Shown: positions 11,721 through 22,526 of the stretch, piece by piece | How the letters are laid out: every line of letters starts with the position of its first letter | How positions within the stretch are numbered: position 1 is the stretch's first letter | Source: Macrostomum lignano | Taxonomy: Eukaryota | Direction of reading: 5' to 3' | Length of the DNA: 64,000 nt | Assembly: GCA_002269645.1 (NCBI GenBank) | Contig: NIVC01002734.1 | Coordinates: 81,223 to 145,222, forward strand | The notes under the pieces: generated by a model | What the model was told of the DNA's origin: nothing | Databases searched by the model: none | The model's input: the letters and a program-made list of their open reading frames with translations, nothing else | Translations under genes and position numbers: made by a program

Positions 11721-13457
11721 TAGATAGATATCATGACTTACTTTATAATGGTAGTAAATAACTAGTTGCTAGTCTATGGTTTATGGCTTTAAGTTTATAA
11801 TCTAATTTCTAAAATATTTTTAATTTTGTGGAGAAATCTTATTTATCAAAATATTTAAAAAATGTGCATAATATTTCAATATAGAATGTGCTCTATATTA
11901 TCTTGTTTTATATTTCCATTTTTGATGCTTATAAAACAGAATTTATAATATTTGTTAGAAAAAATTAATATAAATATTATAATACTTCCATTCCTATAGC
12001 CTTAGTAAATTGTATAAAATATAAGCTAATTAAATTAAATCAAAGAAGGACCAAATTAACTTTACATCCAAGAAAGAAAAAAGATGCTTATTAATACTAT
12101 TATTAAGTCAAAAGAACATTTTAATAATATAACATAAAGGTAAAGGCTAGGCCTTATAACACAAAAGAAAAGAAAATATTTTAGATTTAGGGCTACTAGT
12201 CAATAGAAGAAAATAATCAGTGAAACAGTAGGCTTTGTATTACTAAATGCAAAATTACTAGGCCTAGCTGCCTAGGTAGTTTTAAATTTAATCTATTGCC
12301 ATTGACATTGGTAGAACAGTAGGTCCTAAATAAATCTGTAACAAAATGGCAATAGTAGTAAAATTTAATATTTAGGTCGAACAGCATATCATAGGCCTAG
12401 CCGATTAGACCAAGAATAAGATAGCTAGGTAAGATGCGCAACTTCCTAGACTAGAACTAGCTACATTGGTCACTAGCCCTTTAAATTTTTGCTAATCCTG
12501 ACGCAGGCTAATTATTTTAATAGCTAGCTAGAATGGAATTTGAATTATACAGTTTACCAACATCACCCGTGACAACTTCTACACGCGAGTACACGGAAGC
12601 CTTAAAATGCATAAAAATATGGGTACAAATACCTATCGACACCCGTATATACACGTTAGGCGGTATAGAACACGGCAAAAACCGCCTATAAGGCAGTCCG
12701 TATCATGCTATATGATACAGTAGCATGCTATAGACCGCCTTTTTTATGCGCACAAGGGCCAAATATGGCACAAATTTGAACAGACGTTTCTGCTTATTTT
12801 TTAGTTCACTAATGCAAAGTAGGCCTAGCGATTTTACTAACCTACTATGCTACTATTCTCTAGTACAGTATTTTAGTGTCACTAGAATGCTAGATAAAAA
12901 TTAGGTCAGGATGACTTAGTTACAAGTGTAAGTGTTAACATTTAACATTATTTTATGTAGGCCTACTAGCTGTTTATTATTTCCACAATATTAATAGGCC
13001 CAGCGAATTAATATTAGAACAGGAGAACAATACAACTCGACTTAAAGTTCAATTAGTGAACTTGGATGGCGCTCAGTTTCAGTTTGTAGCTAGGCCTATG
13101 CACAATTTTGTAACTGAATGCAATAACTGTGTGACTAAGCTAGGCCTAGGGCTATATATTCAATATTCTTTTTTCTGAACCCTGAATCCTGAGTTTAGGA
13201 GAGAAACTATTTAGTAAAGCTAGCTATATTGATAGATATATTGAACAACCATAATTTAGGGTTCTAATATACTATACTAATAGCCTATTATATATATGTA
13301 GTACAACTAGCTGAGCTAGCATAAAATTCCATAAATGGATGTATTTTTATTTTTTATTTTATTGATAAATTGGGTTCTATTCTACTATTTTATGTTATAG
13401 GTTAAGCCTGAAATTAGTATTTAGTATTTAGAGGTTCTATATTTTTTGTTTTTTTAA

Positions 13458-16270
13458 CCTTCCCTTTCCCCATAACCTGCTAGCCTTCCCTACATGGTTA
13501 CACCCTACTGCCCTTTACCATACCTTACCCCAATGGCCTTCCTACAACACTTGCTACCTTTTCTTATCAATACAAGCCTTTCCCATACCTTGCTGCCCTT
13601 CATTGTCTTTTATAGGCCTTTTCCATACCCTGCTGTCTTTCACAAACCTTGCTGCTCTTCAATGTATCCTGCTTGGCCTTCATTGTATCTTGTTGGCCTT
13701 CCCACATGGCCACACCTTGCTGGCTTTTCCCATATCCTGCTAGCCTTCCCACACCCTACTGTCTTTCCCATACCCTGCTGTCTTTCCCCTACCCTGCTGT
13801 CCTTCCCCACACCCTTGCCAGCCTTCCTTACTCCTTGCTGGCCTTCCCCACACCCTGCCAGCTTCCCCACATCCTGCTGGCCTTCCCTACTCCCTGCTAC
13901 CCTTCCCCACACCCTGCTGTCCTTCCCCATCAATGCAGGCCTTCCTCACTCCCTGTTGGCATTCCCCACACCCTGCCGGCCTTCCCCACATCCTGCTGGC
14001 CTTCCCTACTCCTTGCTACCCTTCCCCACACCCTGCCGGCCTTCCCCACATCCTGCTGGCCTTCCCTACTCCCTGCTACCCTTCCCCACATCCTGCTGTC
14101 CTTCCCCACACCCTGCTTGTCTTCACTACCAATGCAGGCTTTCCCTACACCCTGCTGTCCTTCCCCATACCCTGCTGTCTTTCCCCTACCCTGCTGTCCT
14201 TCCCCATCAATGCAGGCCTTCCTCACTCCCTGCTGGCATTCCCCACACCCTGCCGGCCTTCCCCACACCCTTGCCAGCCTTCCTTACTCCTTGCTGGCCT
14301 TCCCCACACCCTGCTAGCTTCCCCACATCCTGCTCGCCTTCCCTACTCCCTGCTACCCTTCCCCACACCCTGCTGTCCTTCCCCACATCCTGCTGGCCTT
14401 CCCTACTCCTTGCTACCCTTCCCCACACCCTGCCGGCCTTCCCCACACCCTGCCGGCTTCCCCACATCCTGCTGGCCTTGCCTTCCCTACTCCCTGCTAC
14501 CCTTCCCCACACCCTGCTGTCCTTCCCCACACCCTGCTTGCCTTACACTACCAATGCAGGCTTTCCCTACACCCTGCTGTCCTTCCCCATCAATGCAGGC
14601 CTTCCTCACTCCCTGCTGGCATTCCCCACACCCTGCCGGCCTTCCCCACATCCTGCTGGCCTTCCCTACTCCCTGCTACCCTTCCCCACACCCTGCTGTC
14701 CTTCCCCATCAATGCAGGCCTTCCTCACTCCCTGCTGGCATTCCCCACACCCTGCCGGCCTTCCCCACATCCTGCTGGCCTTCCCTACTCCTTGCTACCC
14801 TTCCCCACACCCTGCCGGCCTTCCCCACACCCTGCCGGCTTCCCCACATCCTGCTGACCTTCTCTACTCCCTGCTACCCTTCCCCACACCCTGCTGTCCT
14901 TCCCCACACCCTGCCGGCCTTCCCCACACCCTGCCTGCTTCCCACATCCTGCTGGCCTTCCCTACTCCCTGCTACCCTTCCCCACATCCTGCTGTCCTTC
15001 CCCACACCCTGCTTGTCTTCACTACCAATGCAGGCTTTCCCTACACCCTGCTGTCCTTCCCCAATTCCCTGCTGTCTTTCCCCTACCCTGCTGTCCTTCC
15101 CCATCAATGCAGGCCTTCCTCACTCCCTGCTGGCATTCCCCACACCCTGCTGGCCTTCCCCACACCCTTGCCAGCCTTCCTTACTCCTTGCTGGCCTTCC
15201 CCACACCCTGCTAGCTTCCCCACATCCTGCTCGCCTTCCCTACTCCCTGCTACCCTTCCCCACACCCTGCTGTCCTTCCCCATCAATGCAGGCCTTCCTC
15301 ACTCCTTGCTACCCTTCCCCACACCCTGCCGGCCTTCCCCACACCCTGCCGGCTTCCCCACATCCTGCTGACCTTCTCTACTCCCTGCTACCCTTCCCCA
15401 CACCCTGCCTGCTTCCCCTCATCCTGCTGGCCTTCCCTACTCCCTGCTACCCTTCCCCACACCCTGCTGTCCTTCCCCACACCCTGCTAATCTTCACTAC
15501 CAATGCAGGCTTTCCCTACACCTTTCTTTCCTTCCCCATCAATGCAGGCCTTTCCCACTCCCTTCTGGCATTCCCCACACCCTGCCGGCTTCCCCACTTC
15601 CTGCTGGCCTTCCCTACTCCCTGCTACCCTTCCCCACATCCTGCCGGCCTTCCCCACACCCTGCCGGCTTCTCCACATCCTGCCGGCTTCTCCACATCCT
15701 GCCGGCCTTCCCTACTCCCTGCTACCCTTCCCCACACCCTGCTGTCCTTCCCCACACCCTGCTTGCCTTACACTACCAATGCAGGCTTTCCCTACACCCT
15801 GCTGTCCTTCCCCATCAATGCAGGCCTTTCCCACTCCCTTCTGGCATTCCCCACACCCTGCCGGCTTCCCCACTTCCTGCTGGCCTTCCCTACTCCCTGC
15901 TACCCTTCCCCACACCCTGCTGTCCTTCCCCACACCCTGCTTGCCTTACACTACCAATGCAGGCTTTCCCTACACCCTGCTGTCCTTCCCCATCAATGCA
16001 GGCCTTTCCCACTCCCTGCTGGCATTCCCCACACCCTGCCAGCCTTCCCTACTGCTGGCCTTCCCTTTTTCCTGCTACCCTTCCCCACACCCTGCCGGCC
16101 TTCCCCATACCCTGCTGTCATTTCCCACACCCTGCCACTCTACCTCTCACAGGCTACCCCTCCCAGACAGCCCTCCCAGACAGCCCTCCCAGACAGCCCC
16201 TCCAGGCTAACCCAACTCTACCCCTCCCAGGCAGCCCTTCCGGGCTTCATCTCCCACTCAACCTCTTCCA
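13458..16270 (+). repeat. C-rich minisatellite (cttccccacaccctgctggc-type) with higher-order duplications in arm C
   Basis: Repeating ~20-bp variants; source of the long P/L/H/C-rich ORFs. Confidence 0.9.
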
Positions 16271-16272
16271 GA

Positions 16273-16605
16273 AGCGGAGGACGATCGCAGGACTGTCTGC
16301 TGCCTGCCGCTTCGGCTGCAGTGACCGCCGGCTCAAGCGGAGGACGATCGCAGGACTGTCTGCTGCCTGCCGCTTCGGCTGCAGTGACCGCCGGCTCAAG
16401 CGGAGGACGATCGCAGGACTGTCTGCTGCCTGCCGCTTCGGCTGCAGTGACCGCCGGCTCAAGCGGAGGACGATCGCAGGACTGTCTGCTGCCTGCCGCT
16501 TCGGCTGCAGTGACCGCCGGCTCAAGCGGAGGACGATCGCAGGACTGTCTGCTGCCTGCCGCTTCGGCTGCAGTGACCGCCGGCTCAAGCGGAGGACGAT
16601 CGCTG
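16273..16605 (+). repeat. 63-bp GC-rich tandem array, 5 full copies plus a partial
   Basis: Unit gcggaggacgatcgcaggactgtctgctgcctgccgcttcggctgcagtgaccgccggctcaa. About 2.7 mirrored copies at 22545-22716. Confidence 0.95.
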
Positions 16606-18333
16606 CTCCGCGTGCTATCATCTACTAGTGTTGTGAGTGCTAAGGGCGATCGAAGGACTAATGAAGAAGCATATTATCCGATTTCTTTTAGAGGAGATCT
16701 ATGCCAGTTATTTATCTTCTCGTTTAATTAGCAGTGAGTAAAAAAATACGACAATTATATGCTGCCGCTTATAGACTCTACAATATCATCAGCAGAATAC
16801 GTAAATTGAAGTCGTTTGAAACAAGAGTACGTAGATGGTAAGATGGCATGTATTTAGCTTCTTCCTAGTGAAATCAGTGAATTGTGTTGGTCGCTTACAG
16901 AACCTATTCAGCTTCTCCGCTCATAGTCACTCCAGCATCAAGTGCTAACAATGCAGATTAGCTATGAACTGTATTGGAATGCTTTGCATCATGCATTTGC
17001 ATTTTAAATACAAGGACTTTTTCTCTCGTTCATTGGCAGGTATCGAGATGAGACAAAGCAATGTGCATTATGCTGCTGCCGATGCACAGGACGCAAGAGT
17101 GCACGCAGGATCCTCGTGAGGTGAAAGAAGACGACGGTGACGACTACGACATGTATGACTATTCAGCCACATTGGACAGAAATTAGCTGTTAGCCGACGT
17201 AGCCGTATAAATGTTTGGTCACACTTCTCTGTGCCCGTGGCGTATGCAACATTTAATCCATGACCTCTTTGCAATATTGCACTACCATCAAACGCTGACG
17301 CTCTTTTTCTCGCTCTGTAATGCTGTAACCAGTTTTTTGTCCCCCCCCTTGTCGAGTTTGAGAGAACTATGCAGCGCATTTTTTCGACAAGAGTTTTTCA
17401 TTGTCTTTTGTCAATGTGCAGTTTTACGGGTACATGTATATACTTAACTGAGTATTGTAAACATGTGCCTCTAAAATAAAACAGACTTCACTGCTTTTAA
17501 CTATGCTTTTTACGATAATTCGCTCTGTCATGTCCTGAAACATTCCTGTTTTATCGAATTCTCTTTTGATGATGACACAAATATGGTCACAAAGAATAGT
17601 GGGAGGTAGAGCCATATGGCGCGAGGTATAAAGTGATTTTACATGATTTTACATGATTTTACGAGAGGTATGATTTTACATTACAGTAGTCTCAATAGTT
17701 TATCTCCCCCTATTGGCCTCCCTTTCTCCTTCTCGCCCTCTGTCTCTGCAGCACCTGTTGGTTAAAAATGAGAGGAAAGCTCGGCAAGAAAAGCCTCTGT
17801 GGAAAAGTCTCGTGCTCTCATAGCCTGACATCCTGCCACTTTTTAAATAGCCATGACTTTCCTGGTACATGGACATTTACATACGTAAGTTGTTTCCATC
17901 GGATTGAGACATGATTTATAACTAGTATAAGTATATTAGTAATAGTAAATTCAGTCAGTCTTATCATATACGAGCAGTGGCGGATCTAGAATTTCATTTT
18001 GGGAGGGGGCGGTCCAAGTTTGGGAGGCCAACATGAGTAATGAGGGGCACCAATTATGAGGGGGTGCAAAAATGCTGTACTGCTGAAAATAACGAACGGG
18101 AAACACGGATTGCATGTTATTAATTTAAATACGTACGAGTATTTGATTTGAGAAGCACAATATCGGGGAAAAGTTTTGCCTTCTCTGTGACGTGCTTGGC
18201 AAGTGCACATGCACTAGCTACATGGGGGGGTTCATAAGACCGAAATTTCACAACGCCGAAACCATACTTCACAAGACCGATACTTCATAAGACCGAAATT
18301 TCACAACGGCGGAGTTTTAACAAAAGCTCTCAG

Positions 18334-18390
18334 CCAATCGGAAAATTCAGCGTGCGTTAAAACAAATCGGCCGCGTGAGAGCTATAAAAG
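18334..18390 (+). promoter_or_regulatory. Candidate Pol II promoter (CCAAT box plus TATA box) in loop 2
   Basis: agCCAATcgg at 18334 and TATAAAAG at 18383, about 50 bp apart. Motif evidence only. Confidence 0.4.
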
Positions 18391-19890
18391 GCGGCAACTC
18401 TAACTGCGCTCGAAATATCTCCCGGTTTTTGTCCTTGCCAATGCCTGGGGCGCTCAACTTGGCCTGATACGGCCTTCTGGCTCTTCCCCCTACGGTCCTG
18501 CCGATCTGATCCTCCTTCCCCCGGCAGTTTCGTCTTCAAAAGCTAAGTTCCCCCTGAGAAGCATCATCAATATCTCCCGGCAGTGATCTAAGAGCATGAG
18601 CAGCAACGACAACCGGCAAGTGAGGAGCAACAGCGTCGCGCGTCAGTTAAGATCAGCAGCAGCATACCATCTGAGTGTTTCGGTCTCTGTGGATTCCTTG
18701 GCTACCGGCAGATAGGTCCTCTGATTGGTTGGGTGAGAGGCTCTTTTGACCTGCTTAACTGGGTGCACCCTTTGTCTGACCCCTTCCTAGGTAGTCTGAT
18801 AGGATTTGCACTTTTGCTTACTTGCTTTTGTGTGCCAATCTCGAGGCAGAAGTGTCAGTTAATATTAAAATTAGCCATTTGCTCGAACTCAATCTAAAGT
18901 GTTTAGGATTGCGGATTAAGTGAGAAAGCTAAATCTGGAAGTTAAAGACTTGGCGTTTTCATTCTTTTTCGCAATACCAGCTGAGATGAGCGGCTTAATC
19001 TAGAGGCAGAGGTCACGGTGGACCGGAAGCGGCACAGTTCCCAGTCAATCAGTCGATCTAAGAAATCATTATGTTAAGCATGCAAATTAAGTGCCAGACT
19101 GGCGCTTTCGCGCTGTCTCAGGCAGCTAAGCGGCTAAAACGAGATAAATATTAGTCTGAAGGTCTCCAAAAGTGACAATACATCTACACCATCGTTATCT
19201 GTCGACGTGTTTACACATTTAGTGCCAAAAGCGTGCAGTTACGTGTACTTATGCATGTACTTCTGGGAATTCGGTAATGAAATAGTACATTTAGTAGTGT
19301 ATGAAGGCTCGCCAGCGCAAGAACCCCCTGCAAAAGTCCTCTCTGTCCCTGCATGGCCAATGCGATCTTAGTCCCAGCAGCGTCCCTTCTATTCGGCTAT
19401 GACTTCGAGATAGACAGCTAAAAGACACTAGATGGCAGGTAAGTGCAGTGCCCCTCTAGTCGGAAGTCCGATTTCGATAGCTCCGGTTTGGTGAGCCGGG
19501 GCGCACGGACTGGTGGTAGCGGGTTAGTTAATCTGCGGATTAGCTAATCTCTACCTTTCAAATTCTCCCTGCTTGTCTCTCGCTGTCTTCTCCTAGCTAT
19601 AGGACCTTGCTGCTCGCCCACAATCTAGCTACCATGGGGCTGACCATCTGACAGGAGTGAGAGGCCAGAGTTCTAAGTGATTCATTTCCGAATTCTGAGG
19701 CCCGAAGCTATAGGCTTAGAAAGGCCGAACCCATCAAATTGAAGAGAATGTCAGTTTTGATGAGCTACAGGTAAGTTTATCCCTTGCTCAAATTTCTGCC
19801 GAGGAAAAAGCCTGATCTATTTACTACATAAGTGGCTACGTTTACACAAAAATGCACAAAAACTTGACTAAAAATGCATTCTGCTCGCTG

Positions 19891-20734
19891 AGCCGTGGAG
19901 TGGATTTCAGCTGGACTACAGTACAGTATGGCTAGGAAAGAAGTGCATTTGGGATAACTCCAGTAGTGGAATATAAAGGAAACTCCAGCATTGGAGCGAG
20001 TACTGGATCGCTGATATAAATCCAGCATTGGAGCATCGGTGCTGGCTCCAATGCCGGAATTTCCTTATGCTCTAATGCTGGAGTCATACATGTATCAGCT
20101 CCAATACTGGAGCTTCGGTTTTGGCACCGGAAAAGTGCAAATAACTCTACCGGACGACCTTCTGGCGCTCTGGGACCGGCGCCAATCGACTCAGGGGGCC
20201 GAAATCTATCAGAAAATGTTGGTCGCATAGGCGCGAAAGGCACTCTGCAAATGCCAAAAAAATGTATCCCCGGCCTAGGTGTACTTGTCAAATTCACACC
20301 TTATCAACCTGCTGCCGGTAAAGATTCTGCAAGTAAACCGGCTGTCCTGCAACTTGCAACTAATCAAAACTACGCAAGCCGCTGAGCAGTGTCGCACTAA
20401 ACTGCACGCTAAAATCTACCATCAATCTATAGTATTGGAGTCTACAAGGCTTCAATGCTGGAGTTTCCTTTATATTCCACTTTTGTACCTTTGTACTGGA
20501 GTTATGCCAAAATGCACTTCTTTCCGAGCCATACTGTTCCCCAAAACGATAGATTTGGCGCATGAAATTATACTCGATAATAGGTAAAGAAATTCTGCAC
20601 CAGCAGTACTTTACCGCTTGTCAAAATATTGAATAGTTGCTGAGATATCGATGCTACAATTTCGGTGAATTTCCAGTGCTCTTCAAATCAGCGCAAAATA
20701 CGTTTTTTAGTCCAGCTCAATCCACTTCACGGCT
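19891..20734. mobile_element. Degenerate MITE-like inverted-repeat element in loop 2
   Basis: agccgtggagtggatttcagctggacta mirrors 20705-20734, and ~19920-20005 mirrors ~20440-20548. No TSD found. Confidence 0.5.
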
Positions 20735-20934
20735 TCGTGTGGATTCACTTGCAATCAGTAAAAGTGGCAAAAGTAGAGATCTGTTTTGGTTGTTAAATAT
20801 TAAGCTTGCATGCAAAGGTATTATTAACTACCAAATAGCAGCACACAGGGACTCAATTCCAGTGTTTTTTAGAGCGAGGTGCTTGCCATCAGCTCCTGTG
20901 TGGTGCCAGAGCTGTTCGAAGGCAGCTTAGCTTG

Positions 20935-21200
20935 CAGTCAGAAATTTATTTTTCACTCCGACAGCCAAGCAGCCCTTCTGCCCGTCTGCTGCAGCACCAC
21001 CAACTCCAGATCTGTCCTGGACTGCAACGCCCGGCTCCATGCAGGGCTTGCGCTGGGCAACCAGCAGGTGGAGCTCAAATTGACCCCGGCCTACGATGTC
21101 ATGGTTTCCATCCCGGCAAGGCTGGCTCCGCCGGCACGCTTCTGGACCGGGCCCAGGGGCCCCCACCCCTGCGCCTCGGTGATTAACTCCCGCGTCAAGC
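20935..21200 (+). pseudogene. Non-LTR retrotransposon RNase H fragment in loop 2
   Basis: KFIFHSDSQAALL...NSRSVLDCNARL...NQQVELKLTPAY matches the retroelement RNase H pattern DSQAAL ... V.L.W.P.H, degenerate. Confidence 0.6.
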
Positions 21201-22526
21201 ACTGGGCTGACTCTTAGCATCTCCGCAGGTGGCAGGATCAACACTCGAAATTGCAGGAAATCCCGTGCTGCTGTCCCCCTGCGTAGAGCCTTCCTTAGGC
21301 TCAACCTCAGGGATCTTAAGAGCATTTACATGTACATGGGCCCTCTCCGGGCATGCATGGCTGCTTCTCTCGCCACCGCTTCCTTCAGGGCCAGGTACTT
21401 GAGGAGCCGTGCGCGGTGCCCCAAGCTCTTCTGCCGCTCAACAGGCAGTAAAAACGCAGAACAATTTATCTGCCACTACCTGGTCTTCACCACTCACTCA
21501 CCCCGGCCCAACTCTCCGATGCTTGCAGGCCCGAGAGCATATCGATGCTCACCCGGTACCTCAGCTGAGTTTTCCCCACCGCCGGTGAGGAGGACCGTGC
21601 TGCAAGCGAGACCGACGCCCCCGGAAGGGACATCACTTCGATGGAAGTCATTCATGGTCGCCAGAGGCTAGCGGAATTGGGCGGTCTTCTTCGCCTCCTG
21701 ATCGCTGCATCCGCCGGATGATCTCCTCTGCAGCTAGGTCAAACATACTCGTGTGCATACTGGCACTAATCCATGATTGAACATACATGTAGGTGAAATA
21801 CTTGCGTGAGTTGCGTCAGTGTCAATACGCTCTTGCTCCAAAATACTTGAGCTCTTGTGCTAATCTCCATTCTAGCCGTGCTTGCTTTTGCTAGTGCGAG
21901 CTTGTTCATGCAACCCAATTTTGGTGCTATTTTTAAGCCTAGCTTACTTGAGGTAGCAAATTAGCCAGACTATGTGGATAGTTTGCCATTAGCTAAGGAT
22001 AGTTTAACATTCTGAGCAGGATGAGAGAATTTTCAGGCCGCCGCGATCCGAAATTCAAACCGCGACTTGCAGTCTGGTCAATTCTTTTGCACGAACGAAA
22101 TTTCTCAAATAAGTGTAACACAAAGTGAAAAAATTAGAAAACTACTTGGACGATTTGACCTTTCAAAACTGCACTAAAATGCGTGGCGCAACAGCCAAAT
22201 TACCGGGTGACATCGATCGAGCAAAAGTGCTTTTTTATTTAAGTGCAAAAATTACAGCTCTCAATAAACGCAAAGGTAATGTGCCGCTTGGATAGAAAAA
22301 CTTTATGCAGCTACGCAAAAACAACTGAAGTAATACGCGCAACATAGAGCTGCCCGCAAAAACTTCAGCTACACAGCAACTACAAACCGCTGGTACAGGA
22401 CTGCGCATCGCCAGGGTGAGTCCCACGAACACGCATCACTTCAGACAATCGTTCAGATAATAAACATAGTTATTAAATAACCCTCACTTTGCCACTGTTC
22501 GTTAAGGTCGAAACGGAACCGGACTG

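Larger units (their letters stand above)
7171..12640 (-). repeat. Foldback 1, right arm (B')
   Basis: Reverse complement of 411-5438, with rare SNPs and different minisatellite copy numbers. Confidence 0.95.
12643..16622 (+). repeat. Foldback 2, left arm (C)
   Basis: ccgtatatacacgttaggcgg... is the reverse complement of ...26329. The inner end ctccgcgtgctatcatc mirrors 22527-22545. Confidence 0.92.

Noticed and set aside
411-12640. Palindromes as pure hairpin-read assembly artefacts
   Set aside because: The arms differ by SNPs, array lengths and a non-mirrored block, have kb-size unique loops, and sit inside TIRs with a TSD. Read-level confirmation is still needed.
16273-16605. 63-bp and other regular arrays as possible CRISPR-like loci
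   Set aside because: The units are contiguous, with no unique spacers and no cas genes, in a eukaryotic context.
13494-16731. 600-930-aa Pro/Leu/His/Cys-rich ORFs (and mirrors at 22835-25477)
   Set aside because: They are translations of a C-rich minisatellite, open in several frames at once.
17975-18312. hAT-like end (cagtggcggatctag) and ataagaccga subrepeats in loop 2
   Set aside because: Only single ends are visible, with no partner TIR or TSD, so element boundaries cannot be supported.
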